Positions 27,731-38,391 of a stretch of DNA of 64,000 nt are shown in pieces (positions within the stretch are counted from its first letter, which is position 1; each line of letters begins with the position of its first letter). Below the pieces are notes generated by a model. That model ran no database searches. It was not told the DNA's origin and was given only the letters and a program-made list of their open reading frames with translations. Location of the stretch: the NCBI GenBank assembly GCA_964580995.1, contig CAZOMV010000003.1:13073-77072 (forward strand), written 5' to 3'. This DNA comes from an uncultured Pirellulales bacterium (GTDB taxonomy: Bacteria; Planctomycetota; Phycisphaerae; Sedimentisphaerales; SM23-30). The position numbers were made by a program, and so were the translations under genes.

Positions 27731-30571
27731 TTATTTCCTTTCCATTTTTAAAGATAATCCCCTAAGCGAATCGTTGCGTTTAAAGTGAATTTGTATCTCC
27801 TTTGGTGCCTGACAGGTGATATTCATGGTTCGACCCTCCCGCTGCCATTGCACGGAAACAGGCCCCAGCGGAGTGGCGACCGACCCGTGGGCAAATTGCA
27901 GGTTCAGGGGGTGAGGGCTAAGCTCGAAATCGCGGCAGCCGGGAGAGGTTGGCCGCAGACCAAGAATAATGCGGCTGAGAAAATAGACCGGGGCGGAGGA
28001 CCAGGCGTGACAGTGGCTGCGGGTGGGAAATTCATTTTTTACCAGCGTTCCCCGCGCGAAACTTTCCCAAACGGTGGTCGCTCCTAAGCGCAGCATGGGA
28101 GTATAGTCATTCTGGATGGACTGAATAATTTCCTTCTCCATGCCCAGCTTTTCCATGGCTTCAAACAAAAACATCATGGCGAAGGGAGAACCGACACAAG
28201 TGGTTTGCGGCGGGGGATTCACGATATTTCGAATCGCATCCCGGCGGGAACGGGCGGGAACTATATCATAGAGGAGGGAAAGGAAGCTGGTATGCTGCGA
28301 GGCGGAAGGGCTGACTGTGCCGTCTTCATGGATGCTGTCGGGATAGCATTTTCGTTTTTTGTCCCAAAGTTGGTTAATAGCAGAAGTCAGTTCCCGGCGT
28401 TTTTTCTTAAGTGAATCGGCAAAGCGGTCCTTTTGCAGGGTGGCCGCACATTGAACCGCCGCGTCAATGGCTCCGATCAGGAACATGCTGTTATGCAGGA
28501 CACACTCATGGTCCTGATCGATCCTGGCCCAGTCGAAAAAGTTCCAGAAATCGGCGGTGAACAAACTATTCTTATCAATGAAAGTAAAAGCCCCTTGCAG
28601 ATTTTTCAGGACTGCGGGCCATAGCTTTCTCAGCCACTTAGCATCACCGGTGTACCAGTAATGTTCCCAGACCGAAATCCCCCAAAGGAAACTCCAGGCC
28701 GGCAGAAGGCAATCCCAGCCGGAAGGCACCTGGCAGCCGGTTATAGGGAACCGCTCCAGCGACTGGGCGGTGATTTCGATGCTATTGCGGGCGATATCGC
28801 TGCCGCCGAAAAGGGTATAGGCGAATAACGATTCATTCCGGGCATCGCCCACCCAGAGGGTTTGCTCATACAAAGGGCAGTCGGTAAAAGTATCTTCCAT
28901 GCACAATTCCAGAGTCCGGGCGGAGATGTCCCAGATCCGGTTCAACGATTCATCACTGCACGTGAAAGCCCCCTGATATTCCGCCGGATACAAAGATTCG
29001 ATCACTCCCAACCGGCGAATCTGAACCGGCCGGCGGAAATTGCGCAGGGTTATGAAAATATACCGCCCGGACCGGCGTTTCAGGCTGACATAGCGGTTCA
29101 GCCCCTTTTGAGTGATATAGGTCATTCCGTTGCGATTGATGAGGGTATGCTGGATTTGACCATCCGGGGTGAGGTATTCCACACCATAGAGATCTATTTC
29201 CCCATTTTCTTCGGTCGTTAGTTCGAAGTGATAATAACCGCAACTTTGCCGGCCCAGATCGTACCAAAGCTGAACCGTACCCTGGCTGGAAGGATACACC
29301 GTAGTTATCTCCGGATTTTCATGGATCAGACCCGCCGGATTGTCAACGGGGACTGTTACATCCAGCAAAGGCTGCTGGGAAATGAACCGGTGATAATGAT
29401 CCCGGGCAAACATCCGGCTGGAGGGCATGAGTTTGGCTCGATTGCCGAAAAGGATTTTCACATCCCGGCTGGTTTTGCTTTGGTTCACCAGATTTTCCGA
29501 AAGCTGCTGGAACTTTTGCACTTTTTCCGCCAGTTCCGGGCGACTGGTCATAAAATGCAGCCAGTTCCTATCGTTGCTGACAAACGCATATTCCTGAAAG
29601 GGGATAAAACACCACGGATTTTCATAGTTCGGCTGAATCGGATTTCGCAGCACGGCTCTGTCTTCGTGGATCAGACGAAGGGAAATATCCGTGATATGCG
29701 ATAACTGGTTCCACACCAACAGCACCATATGTTTACCGGGTGAAAGATGAAAAGAATTGGTTTTGTCGGATTTGCCATCAATAAAAACCGAATGCCGGTT
29801 TCCTAGCGAATCCATGACGTCAAACTGCACACGGGTCTTTTTGCGGGCGTGCAGAATACTCGTCAGGATAAAGGGGCAATGAACATACCGATTGGCTTCC
29901 ATCCGGCGGGGATGGATCAGGTTGCGAAAGGGCAGACACCAATAATCACCGGGAGCTTCCACCGCCTGGGCGGACAGGAAACGGGTAAAATAGATTTCTT
30001 TACGGTTCAACAGGGGGACCTTGCGCCGGGTCAGGTCCTGCCAGGGACCACCATCGGCCGGGAATAAAACCGTGGCCTTGTGAAACACTAACTTTTCCGC
30101 CGCGCGGGCATCGTAAAACTCCGCCGGTTCCATCTGAATGCTGGCCTTGGGAGTATTCTGTAGCAACGGCCGATAATCCGCCGCCTGCCAGGTGGAATCG
30201 GTGGGGATAGTCTTTACTTTGCCATGGGCGGCTGTGATGTCGATCTGAGCCAATAAACCGGCCTGCTGCGGCACATGGTGAAAATCACCCACACCAAAAT
30301 AGCGGGCGATTATTTTTATTTCGTTTAAGCCTTTTTTTAAATAGGCGCTAATGTCTATCGAATCATAGGAAAAATGTTCCGGCCAGGCCCGGGCCGGACC
30401 ATCGTTCACCCAGACATCATTGATGTACAAACGATAAAAGGTATCGGCTGTGATATGCACTTCCGCCTTGCGAAAGGCAGGCACTCGAAATTGCGTTCGT
30501 GCCGCAATCGCATCGTTATATTGATTATAGCGGCGGCGGTGGCACCAGATCCATTTGGCTTTCCATTTCAT
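27731..30571 (-). CDS. GH78 alpha-L-rhamnosidase (cytoplasmic)
   Basis: N-terminus MKWKAKWIW...FRVPAFRKAEVHITADTFYRLYINDVWVNDGP. C-terminal six-hairpin block GATTVWESF...SHCHAWSSAPVYFLSRIILGLRP. No signal peptide. Confidence 0.8.
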   Translation of the reverse strand: MKWKAKWIWCHRRRYNQYNDAIAARTQFRVPAFRKAEVHITADTFYRLYINDVWVNDGPARAWPEHFSYDSIDISAYLKKGLNEIKIIARYFGVGDFHHVPQQAGLLAQIDITAAHGKVKTIPTDSTWQAADYRPLLQNTPKASIQMEPAEFYDARAAEKLVFHKATVLFPADGGPWQDLTRRKVPLLNRKEIYFTRFLSAQAVEAPGDYWCLPFRNLIHPRRMEANRYVHCPFILTSILHARKKTRVQFDVMDSLGNRHSVFIDGKSDKTNSFHLSPGKHMVLLVWNQLSHITDISLRLIHEDRAVLRNPIQPNYENPWCFIPFQEYAFVSNDRNWLHFMTSRPELAEKVQKFQQLSENLVNQSKTSRDVKILFGNRAKLMPSSRMFARDHYHRFISQQPLLDVTVPVDNPAGLIHENPEITTVYPSSQGTVQLWYDLGRQSCGYYHFELTTEENGEIDLYGVEYLTPDGQIQHTLINRNGMTYITQKGLNRYVSLKRRSGRYIFITLRNFRRPVQIRRLGVIESLYPAEYQGAFTCSDESLNRIWDISARTLELCMEDTFTDCPLYEQTLWVGDARNESLFAYTLFGGSDIARNSIEITAQSLERFPITGCQVPSGWDCLLPAWSFLWGISVWEHYWYTGDAKWLRKLWPAVLKNLQGAFTFIDKNSLFTADFWNFFDWARIDQDHECVLHNSMFLIGAIDAAVQCAATLQKDRFADSLKKKRRELTSAINQLWDKKRKCYPDSIHEDGTVSPSASQHTSFLSLLYDIVPARSRRDAIRNIVNPPPQTTCVGSPFAMMFLFEAMEKLGMEKEIIQSIQNDYTPMLRLGATTVWESFARGTLVKNEFPTRSHCHAWSSAPVYFLSRIILGLRPTSPGCRDFELSPHPLNLQFAHGSVATPLGPVSVQWQREGRTMNITCQAPKEIQIHFKRNDSLRGLSLKMERK

Positions 30572-31824
30572 TTTTTGATGTCCCGGTTGGCTTGTTCGAT
30601 TCGTTTCAGGACTTCGTCCGTCTTGCCGTATTCCAGACTCCAGTGCTGTTCTCCCCGGCCGATGATGCTGTCATGATAGGTCCAGTACAACGTGAGAGGG
30701 TATTTATTTTTCACAATTTCCTGCAGGCAGGCCTCGATGTAAGGCAGGCAGCCGGGCTTACGGTAATCCTCTATTGCATCATCCATTTTTTTGTACATGC
30801 CGATCTCGCCGATCATCATGGGCTTGCCGATCTGCTGAGAGGCCTGCATGAATAATCCCAGATTGTCCGGATTGCCGTGGCCGCCCTCGGAGCGAAAGCA
30901 TTCCATCGCCTCTTCATAATAATGGATACTAATCACGTCGATAGGATCCGGATGCGTCATTTGCAGGTATTCGGTTAATTCTTCCTGAGTATCATGGGTC
31001 CAGTCAAGGGGCAAATTGGCTTTGGCAGCCCTTAGCAGATGCACGGAGGCGGTGCGAGGGGAGGAATGGCCGGTAGTGACCAGATGATTTTTATCAATCG
31101 ATTTAATCAGTTCCGCCAGTTGCTGCGTCATCCGGGCCAACTCCTCCGAATTAAAATTATTCGTGTTATCGCGAACGATGACCGGCGGCGCCAGGTTTCT
31201 TTCATAGTTGCCAATCGCCCCGTCTTTGAACTGCAAATCCGCCTGCAGGTTCCATTCGTTGCCCAGCTCCCACATGGCAATGGTCGGGCGATCCTTGTAC
31301 CGCTCCACCACCGCCGCAATGTATTCGTTCATTTTTTGCCGGGCCGCTGACTGCGGATTCACCACTCCCTCATGCATGGAATGGCCGCCGAGGTCCGCAA
31401 AGGCGGCGTTCCACCAGATCAGCGAGGGGATTACCTTGATTTCATAACGGTCGCACAGATCCAGGATTCGATCATACCGTTTAAAATAGATTTCCCGTTT
31501 CGCCGCCTGGATTTCGCTGTCTTTATGGAAAAAATAATGATCGAAATCCGCCGGGTAAAAAGGGCCGCCAATAAATCGTATAATTTTAAATCCATGCTGG
31601 TGCAAGGCTTCCAGATCTTTGGTTACTATCTCCCGGTTCGTCTGCTGCCACTGCTCTTCCTGGCACAGAAGGGATTGATGCAGCAGGTCAAATTTATTAA
31701 ATCCGATCTCCCGGTACACCTTGCCGTTAAGATACAGCTCGGAGCCTCTGGCCTCCAGAAAATCCTCCTCTGCCATACAGCCAACCGTACACGACAAAAC
31801 CAGCAATAAAACCATAATTTTCAT
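30568..31824 (-). CDS. GH5-like (clan GH-A) glycoside hydrolase, secreted or lipoprotein
   Basis: ATG at 31824 is preceded by AAGGA (MKIMVLLLVLSCTVGC). Acid/base-like MWELGNEWN and nucleophile-like MMIGEIGM. Stop overlaps the GH78 start (ATGA at 30568-30571). Confidence 0.6.
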   Translation of the reverse strand: MKIMVLLLVLSCTVGCMAEEDFLEARGSELYLNGKVYREIGFNKFDLLHQSLLCQEEQWQQTNREIVTKDLEALHQHGFKIIRFIGGPFYPADFDHYFFHKDSEIQAAKREIYFKRYDRILDLCDRYEIKVIPSLIWWNAAFADLGGHSMHEGVVNPQSAARQKMNEYIAAVVERYKDRPTIAMWELGNEWNLQADLQFKDGAIGNYERNLAPPVIVRDNTNNFNSEELARMTQQLAELIKSIDKNHLVTTGHSSPRTASVHLLRAAKANLPLDWTHDTQEELTEYLQMTHPDPIDVISIHYYEEAMECFRSEGGHGNPDNLGLFMQASQQIGKPMMIGEIGMYKKMDDAIEDYRKPGCLPYIEACLQEIVKNKYPLTLYWTYHDSIIGRGEQHWSLEYGKTDEVLKRIEQANRDIKK

Positions 31825-31838
31825 AGGATTCCTTTCGT

Positions 31839-34319
31839 TTATTCCAACTGATTCCAGCAAATCACATTTACAGGTCCGTCAAATTTTCCTGCCGGGCAGG
31901 TCCAGGTGATTTCCCGGCTTTCGCCCGGCAACAGGTCAAAATAATTATCGCTGAAATCCAGATCACCTTCCAGCGTAACCACCCGGGCATAATTTTCGGC
32001 TGTAATACGAACCTGGCCCCGGCTGCCGCGGCTGGACTGGGAAACCTGCAATCGGGTCCGGGGCAAAATCGCATCGTGCAAAGGACCGGGATAGAAAGCG
32101 GTTCGATCCGTTCCGTAGGGACTGACAATATCGCAAACCAGCAGGCAATCTGGTTTTAATTTTTCGCAAGGCAAATCTATCACTTTTTGAGAACTATTGG
32201 CTTTTGCCCCAATGGTTCCTTCCGCCAGGATTTGGGCCGAAGCGGAGAATGGCTGAAGCAACAGCCGATACGGGATGGATGCGTCTTTGGCCAGATCGCT
32301 GGCAATCCATAACTCCACATGGTTGCCGACTGGTGCCAGGGCGGCGATTACCGGGACACAGGCCCGTTTCATGCCGTACCAGCCGGCCTTGGCATAGCCG
32401 TAATAATCCAGCATACTCCAGCCGCTGGCCGGCCAGCAGTCATTGAACATCCAGAACAAAAGCCCGCTGCTGAAAAACATCCGCCGCCGGGCCGCTTCCA
32501 TCGCCAGCCGAATCCACTCGCACTGGACATATTCCATATGCCGCAGATGCAATTTTTTGTCCTTCGTTTTGCCATAAAGCTGCTCAGCGGTTTTGACCAG
32601 CATATCATAATGGGTCATGGTATCGATCCCATTATACGGATTGTCCTTGGTCCGGTACTCCCACAGGGTTTTATCCGGGCCAAAGATGTCATCCTCACTC
32701 AGGAATTTACGCAGGGAATGCAGCGGCGGCGCTCCGACAATGGCCGATTCGCTGGCGAACCGGAAGGTACAATCGCTGATTCGCCGGCGGTAATCCCGCA
32801 TATCCGAGAGCAGAAATCCGGTATCGTACCAGGCGGAGGTGTGCGAATCGCCCCAGGCTGGGTCGTTGTTGGTTTTGCCGCCCCAGGGACTGGTGGGCAA
32901 AAACGGGCGGGCGGGATCGAGCTTCTGGCATAACGGGCCGCTGACCTGCTCGGCGATTTTCCGGCCGGAATAATTGGAGTTCGGATCCGAATTCATCCCC
33001 AACTCATTGCCGCCGGTCCACAGGACCAGGGCGGGGTGATTCCGCAGTACCTTAATCGCCAGGGTAAATTCTTTTTCCAACTGCTGCATAAACTCCGGAT
33101 CCTCTTCCGGGTAATCCGCACAGGCCAGCATGAAATCCTGCATAATCAGAATCCCGTGCCGGTTGCAGGCATCCCAGAAAGCCGGCGGCTCATAAATACC
33201 GCCGCCCCAGCCGCGCAGCATATTGATATGCGCCCGGGCCGCCTGGGCAATCAGCCGCTGGTATTTCGCGTCGGAGATGCGGGAGGGGAACGGATCCGCC
33301 GGCACCCAGTTGCCGCCCTTGCAAAAGATTGGCCTGCCATTGATTTTTAGGATAAAGCCGCAGCCCTGGTCATCCGTTGTCATGTCCAGTTCGACCGTCC
33401 GAATACCAAAGGAAATCTTTTTTTCATCCACAATATTCCCCTCCGTGTTGAACAAAGTCACCTCGCAGCTATAGAGCGGCTGCTCCCCCTGTCCGTTGGG
33501 CCACCATAATTGAGGTGAATCAATCGGAAAGGAACAGGACGAAAAATTATCAATCTTTTCAATTTGTTTTTTTGCTGCCACTTTTCCATTGGCATCTTTC
33601 AAAACGATGAGGGCTTTGATCCCCTGCTCCGCTCGCTGCTCCAAGGTAAGTTCGACCCGAACCTCCGCTCGCTCATTTTGTACCACCGGCGTGGAAATAT
33701 AAACGTCCTCGATGCGGGCCTGGGAATAGCCCACCAGCCGAATAGGCCGCCAAACCCCGCAAGTCACCAGCCGGTGGACCCAGTCCCAGCCGAATCCGCA
33801 CTGCATTTTCCGGGCAAAAACCCGGTCCCCGGAAAAGCAGGAAAAATATTTGTCCGACGGCTTGCCCGCCAGGGCGCGTTGGTGTGACTGAAAATCCACC
33901 TCCAGAATATTTTTCCCCTTTGTTAACTTGCCGGTTACCTCAAACCGATACGGAATGAACATAGTATCCGAGCGGCCGATTTCCACACCGTTCAGCCGAA
34001 TCGCAGCAAAGGTATCCAGACCCTCACACTCCAGCACCTGCCAGTCCCCGGCGAAATCCGCCGGGCATTCAAATTCTTTGCGGTAGCACCAGTCATAATC
34101 CTCCACCCACTGGCACTGCTGGGCCTGATTCCGCCAAAACGGATCGGGAATTTTCTTCGCCCGGATCAGATCATCATGAATCTGACCCGGCACCCGGGCA
34201 TCCAGAGTAATTTTTGCTTCTGCGGTATCCCGATAACCGCAGACCTGCCATATACCATCCAGTGAAATAACACGCTTATTGATCATTTGATTTATTTTAT
34301 ACCTGTAATCCGTTTGCAT
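31839..34319 (-). CDS. GH2 family glycosidase, beta-mannosidase-like (cytoplasmic)
   Basis: LDGIWQV, GWDWVHRLVTCGVWRPIRLV, NHPALVLWTGGNE (acid/base) and FASESA (nucleophile region). No signal peptide. Start overlaps the upstream stop (TAATG). Confidence 0.75.
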   Translation of the reverse strand: MQTDYRYKINQMINKRVISLDGIWQVCGYRDTAEAKITLDARVPGQIHDDLIRAKKIPDPFWRNQAQQCQWVEDYDWCYRKEFECPADFAGDWQVLECEGLDTFAAIRLNGVEIGRSDTMFIPYRFEVTGKLTKGKNILEVDFQSHQRALAGKPSDKYFSCFSGDRVFARKMQCGFGWDWVHRLVTCGVWRPIRLVGYSQARIEDVYISTPVVQNERAEVRVELTLEQRAEQGIKALIVLKDANGKVAAKKQIEKIDNFSSCSFPIDSPQLWWPNGQGEQPLYSCEVTLFNTEGNIVDEKKISFGIRTVELDMTTDDQGCGFILKINGRPIFCKGGNWVPADPFPSRISDAKYQRLIAQAARAHINMLRGWGGGIYEPPAFWDACNRHGILIMQDFMLACADYPEEDPEFMQQLEKEFTLAIKVLRNHPALVLWTGGNELGMNSDPNSNYSGRKIAEQVSGPLCQKLDPARPFLPTSPWGGKTNNDPAWGDSHTSAWYDTGFLLSDMRDYRRRISDCTFRFASESAIVGAPPLHSLRKFLSEDDIFGPDKTLWEYRTKDNPYNGIDTMTHYDMLVKTAEQLYGKTKDKKLHLRHMEYVQCEWIRLAMEAARRRMFFSSGLLFWMFNDCWPASGWSMLDYYGYAKAGWYGMKRACVPVIAALAPVGNHVELWIASDLAKDASIPYRLLLQPFSASAQILAEGTIGAKANSSQKVIDLPCEKLKPDCLLVCDIVSPYGTDRTAFYPGPLHDAILPRTRLQVSQSSRGSRGQVRITAENYARVVTLEGDLDFSDNYFDLLPGESREITWTCPAGKFDGPVNVICWNQLE

Positions 34320-37300
34320 TAATATCCAATTTTTTTCATCTCTTCTTCGAAATCAGCCGGCAACTCAGAGAGCGGCTGGGAGATATTCCGGCCGGCGTAG
34401 TTTAACAGATTACGCAGCATCCGTTCCGCCACCGGATCGACACCCAGCCGCTGCCGGATCGGATACACACTCAGGAAAAACTCACCCGTTCCCAGATTAT
34501 ACCGCGAAAGCAGCAGGCCGGAGTTGTAGCCGAACGAGGCGTCGATGGTCGCCGCCAGCACTTCCTCCGGAATCCGCTCGGTACTAACCCAGGCATTCGT
34601 CGGCGTCATATCGCGATAATACCGCCAATCGGTCAAACCGCCGCAGGGCAGGCCGCCAAAAACCGGATGAATCCGGTTCCAGTCATCGACATGATAGACC
34701 CAGTGCGGCATATAGACTACTTCGCCTTTCTTCGCCAACGGCGCCCAGCCGAGCGGTTCATTATCTTTCTTAAATATTTCGGGCATCAGGAAGATTACGG
34801 ATGAGCCGCGAGCCATACGTTGGGCGAGGTCCCGGAATACTTCGGCGCCACCCGGAGATGCGGGCGCACCCGCTGCCAGAATCACCTGACGTTTATCAGC
34901 AATATTTTTATCAAACCGGCTGATCTTGATATGATTTTCTTTGAGCCAGTTGAACAGTTGTTCATCCTCACCCCAGAGAACCACTTCCGCCTCCACCGCG
35001 GGCATCTCTTCCCGCCGCATTACATGGAATACAAAGGTACCGCCCGCCGCCGCGGCTCCTTTTTCAAAATCCACAATAAAACGATATCGGCCCGTTTGAC
35101 CTTCAATTAACACATCCTCTTTGAAGACCGGAATCACATAAGAAGGTTCTTTACCCGATTCATAATTGGGAACGGTAAAGGTGACCGACTTCTGGAACAC
35201 CACCTCATGATCCGGCCCGACTACCATGACCCGCACCGGATATTCGCCCGGCAGCAATTGATCTTCATTGGCCAGCACGGTTTCCAGATTTACCTTATCG
35301 CCGCTGTAGATATGCACCGGCTCCACGAAATTACACCAGCGCAGTTTCGAAAACACATCCGCCATCACATCCACCGTGCCGGGCTTTAACTCGCGGAAAA
35401 AAGATACCAGACCCTCACCCACCGGCGACATGGCCGCATCGGTGGTACCCGTCAGACTATAGCCAACCAGATACGGATTAGCCCGTAATGCGTTGATTCC
35501 TTCTTCCCGCAGCGAAGCCATGCGGGCGACACTCTGCTCGAAAAACTCTTCCGGCCGGGCAAAAACCTCTGCCATCTTCCAGTTGTTCCAGTCCTTCAGA
35601 AATTTTTCATAATCCTTCCGAATGGGCTTGGGATCCTCGATGTCCGGCCTGCCGAGCTGTTCATATTGCCGCAGGATACGCGGCAGGTTAATCGCCGACC
35701 CAACTCCATATTCCGAAGCGAAGATCGGCATGGGTTTGCCCAGGTCGCGGTTCCAGTACATATCCGCCGACCGCATCTGTGTTATCGTATCCCGGGTATG
35801 CGGAGCGCCCTTATAGGGATGGACATCCAGAAAACCCTGTTGCCAGAGATTCGAACCGGGATTGCTGAAATTCCCCGTGATCGCAAACCGGTACCCCTGA
35901 TACATACCCGGTTTTTGATACCGCGTAAATGTCCCTTCCTCAATAGACTTGTCACCGGTGGTTCGAATATAACCATACTGCCAGAGATCGCCGGAATTGT
36001 CTTGCTTGCTGAACTGCCGGGCTGGATTATATGTCGTCTGCGAGTCCGCAGAAGAAATATCCGCCAGCAGATCGATTAGATCCGTTTCATATTTGTCCGA
36101 CCCATACCCGACCGCAAAATCAAGGGATTGCCCTTTTTCGACTTTCAACTTGCCGTTATAACCCACTTCGCTGCCACGGCCGTTCAGATTCACAGCATCC
36201 TGACAAATAATCTTGCCGTCCTGGAGCACATATACATCCGCCGTGGTCCCCTGACAGGCACTTTTGAAAAGAGCTTTAATGTCATACTCATCCGTTTTAT
36301 CCGCCGTCCAGCGCACCGCACTATAAACCGTATCCCCATTGGCGGCCTTTTTGGGTTTCATCACCAGATGGCCGACCTTGATCTCCATATTGTCTTCCAT
36401 CATGGTACGTTCCGTGCCGTTATACCCGACCAGCGGAGAAAGATCCGAGTAGAACTCAACTGTGAATCCCCACCAACCCCAACCCTGGTCCACCTCAATC
36501 AGCAGCTCATTTCTGCCCTTTTTCAGCGTCACCGGAATCTTCAGCGGCGAAAACAGCGCCGTCCCCACCACCTCCCGGCATAAAAGCTGCTGGCCGTTGA
36601 CCCATACCGCCATGCCGTCATCGCTTTTTACCCGCAGCAGAACCGTGGCGTCAACCGGTGAATCAATCATGGTATAGGCATACGCCGTGATATTTCTGCG
36701 GGTATCGACATGCTTGAGCAGGTCATAATAATCCCCTGCCTTGATCTGCACTTCCTTCCAGGTAATCTTGCCGTTTTTACCATCGTAGCTGGCGGTCAGG
36801 TCGATTTTTTCTTCGGGCGGGAAAACCGCCTTCAGGCCGGCGCTGCCGTCCCGGTCATTGGCGTTCTCGAACGGTCCGATGATATGAAACCGGCTGATCT
36901 GCTCGTTCAGATCACGAATCAATGTATCCTCCTCCATATCGCTATCCACAAAATCGTGCCAGTAATTCATCGCATGCAGCCCGGGTGAGACAAACCCGTG
37001 CCAGCCGCTATCGAGCATGACCATCCGCGTATCGTCCAGCGAACGAACCAGAGGCAGCGTATCGATGGCATGTTCCAGCACCGCTCCCTCGAACGTCTCG
37101 TTCAGCAGCCCCCACATCACGATCGAAGGATAATTCCGGTCCCGCAGGATCGCCCCGCGCACCGATTCGTCGAACCGCGCCTTCATATAGTCTGAATTAT
37201 CCAGCAGCCAGGAACCGGGATGCTCAGAATACACCAGCAGACCCATCTCATCGCAGAGCCGCACCTGGCTGCGATGCCCATTGGTCCCGAAAATCCGGAT

Positions 37301-38377
37301 CATATTCATGTTCATGACCTTGCTTTGTAAAAGGGTTGCCCGCAGCATCGCCGGATCATGCGGAAACCGCTGGCCTACCGGAAAACAGTTGCCGTCGTGC
37401 GAGCTTTTCAGGAAGATCCGTTTGCCGTTAAGCCGGAAGAAACCGCTTTCAAATCGAAAATCGCGGAATCCAAACCGCGTGGTAAAGGCATCAAACGAAT
37501 CGGAATCATCTCGCCGGACACGAACTTCGAGATTATACAGATAGGGATCATCCACGTCCCAGAGTCGATGATTATCGATTTTCAGGGAAGCCTTGAATAC
37601 ACCGCCGTCACCTTTGACTTTTTGTTTTTCCGTATAATATGTAATCGCTTTCGTAAAATAGTAAGGCGTTACCATATACTCAACCGCCAGATTCTCGGAT
37701 TTTTCCCCGGGATTCACTACGGTTGTTTCGATAGCCAACTCGCCGGTTTGGGCATCGGGCTTGACATATACATCGGAGATATACACCGCCGGTACGACCA
37801 GCAGCTCCACCGAATCCAGAATCCCGCCCTCATTCGGCCCATTGCCCGGTGCCATCGGAATCGCGTTGCAGCGATGCGGCGTCTGATTCAACGTAATCCC
37901 TTCGATCATGTCATACGTCGGATTCAGCACCCGCACCGCCAGCCGATTTTTCCCGCCCGGCTTGATCACATCCGTCACGTCAAATGCAAATACCGATTCG
38001 CTGCCCTCATACTCACCCACTTTGACATCATTCAGCCAGATATCCGATTTGTAATCAACCGACCAGAACTTCAGAATATACCGGCCGTTCCTGTGCGGAT
38101 TTTTCGGCGCGGTAAATTCCTTCCAGTACCACGCCAGACCATGATACCCCGGAAAGGCATCCTGAATGATCCAGGGCACTTTCGTCTGCTTAGCCCCCGC
38201 CTGCACCGACTCCCACCACTTCTGCTCCTTTCCGACCTGATTCGGATCAATCGCCAGCCTCCAGTCCTCCCCGTCCAGCAGCACGGACTCACTGCTCACA
38301 TCTTTTGCGCTCACGCAGGAAAGCAGCAGAAAAAATCCAGACAGAAAAAACAAGATCGATAAAACTTTACGCATCAC
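34319..38377 (-). CDS. Giant secreted GH2-like glycosidase (1352 aa) with a large insert inside the catalytic barrel and a ~450-aa C-terminal extension
   Basis: Signal peptide. GH2 sugar-binding domain (KVPWIIQDAFPGYHGLAWYWKEF; ILKFWSVDYKSDIWLNDVKVGEYEG...FAFDVT). Barrel blocks MNMIRIFG, LCDEMGLLVYSE, RDRNYPSIVMWGLLNE (~res 425). Nucleophile-type IFASEYGVGS appears only at ~res 888. Confidence 0.75.
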   Translation of the reverse strand: MMRKVLSILFFLSGFFLLLSCVSAKDVSSESVLLDGEDWRLAIDPNQVGKEQKWWESVQAGAKQTKVPWIIQDAFPGYHGLAWYWKEFTAPKNPHRNGRYILKFWSVDYKSDIWLNDVKVGEYEGSESVFAFDVTDVIKPGGKNRLAVRVLNPTYDMIEGITLNQTPHRCNAIPMAPGNGPNEGGILDSVELLVVPAVYISDVYVKPDAQTGELAIETTVVNPGEKSENLAVEYMVTPYYFTKAITYYTEKQKVKGDGGVFKASLKIDNHRLWDVDDPYLYNLEVRVRRDDSDSFDAFTTRFGFRDFRFESGFFRLNGKRIFLKSSHDGNCFPVGQRFPHDPAMLRATLLQSKVMNMNMIRIFGTNGHRSQVRLCDEMGLLVYSEHPGSWLLDNSDYMKARFDESVRGAILRDRNYPSIVMWGLLNETFEGAVLEHAIDTLPLVRSLDDTRMVMLDSGWHGFVSPGLHAMNYWHDFVDSDMEEDTLIRDLNEQISRFHIIGPFENANDRDGSAGLKAVFPPEEKIDLTASYDGKNGKITWKEVQIKAGDYYDLLKHVDTRRNITAYAYTMIDSPVDATVLLRVKSDDGMAVWVNGQQLLCREVVGTALFSPLKIPVTLKKGRNELLIEVDQGWGWWGFTVEFYSDLSPLVGYNGTERTMMEDNMEIKVGHLVMKPKKAANGDTVYSAVRWTADKTDEYDIKALFKSACQGTTADVYVLQDGKIICQDAVNLNGRGSEVGYNGKLKVEKGQSLDFAVGYGSDKYETDLIDLLADISSADSQTTYNPARQFSKQDNSGDLWQYGYIRTTGDKSIEEGTFTRYQKPGMYQGYRFAITGNFSNPGSNLWQQGFLDVHPYKGAPHTRDTITQMRSADMYWNRDLGKPMPIFASEYGVGSAINLPRILRQYEQLGRPDIEDPKPIRKDYEKFLKDWNNWKMAEVFARPEEFFEQSVARMASLREEGINALRANPYLVGYSLTGTTDAAMSPVGEGLVSFFRELKPGTVDVMADVFSKLRWCNFVEPVHIYSGDKVNLETVLANEDQLLPGEYPVRVMVVGPDHEVVFQKSVTFTVPNYESGKEPSYVIPVFKEDVLIEGQTGRYRFIVDFEKGAAAAGGTFVFHVMRREEMPAVEAEVVLWGEDEQLFNWLKENHIKISRFDKNIADKRQVILAAGAPASPGGAEVFRDLAQRMARGSSVIFLMPEIFKKDNEPLGWAPLAKKGEVVYMPHWVYHVDDWNRIHPVFGGLPCGGLTDWRYYRDMTPTNAWVSTERIPEEVLAATIDASFGYNSGLLLSRYNLGTGEFFLSVYPIRQRLGVDPVAERMLRNLLNYAGRNISQPLSELPADFEEEMKKIGY

Positions 38378-38391
38378 AGTACTCCCTGTAT

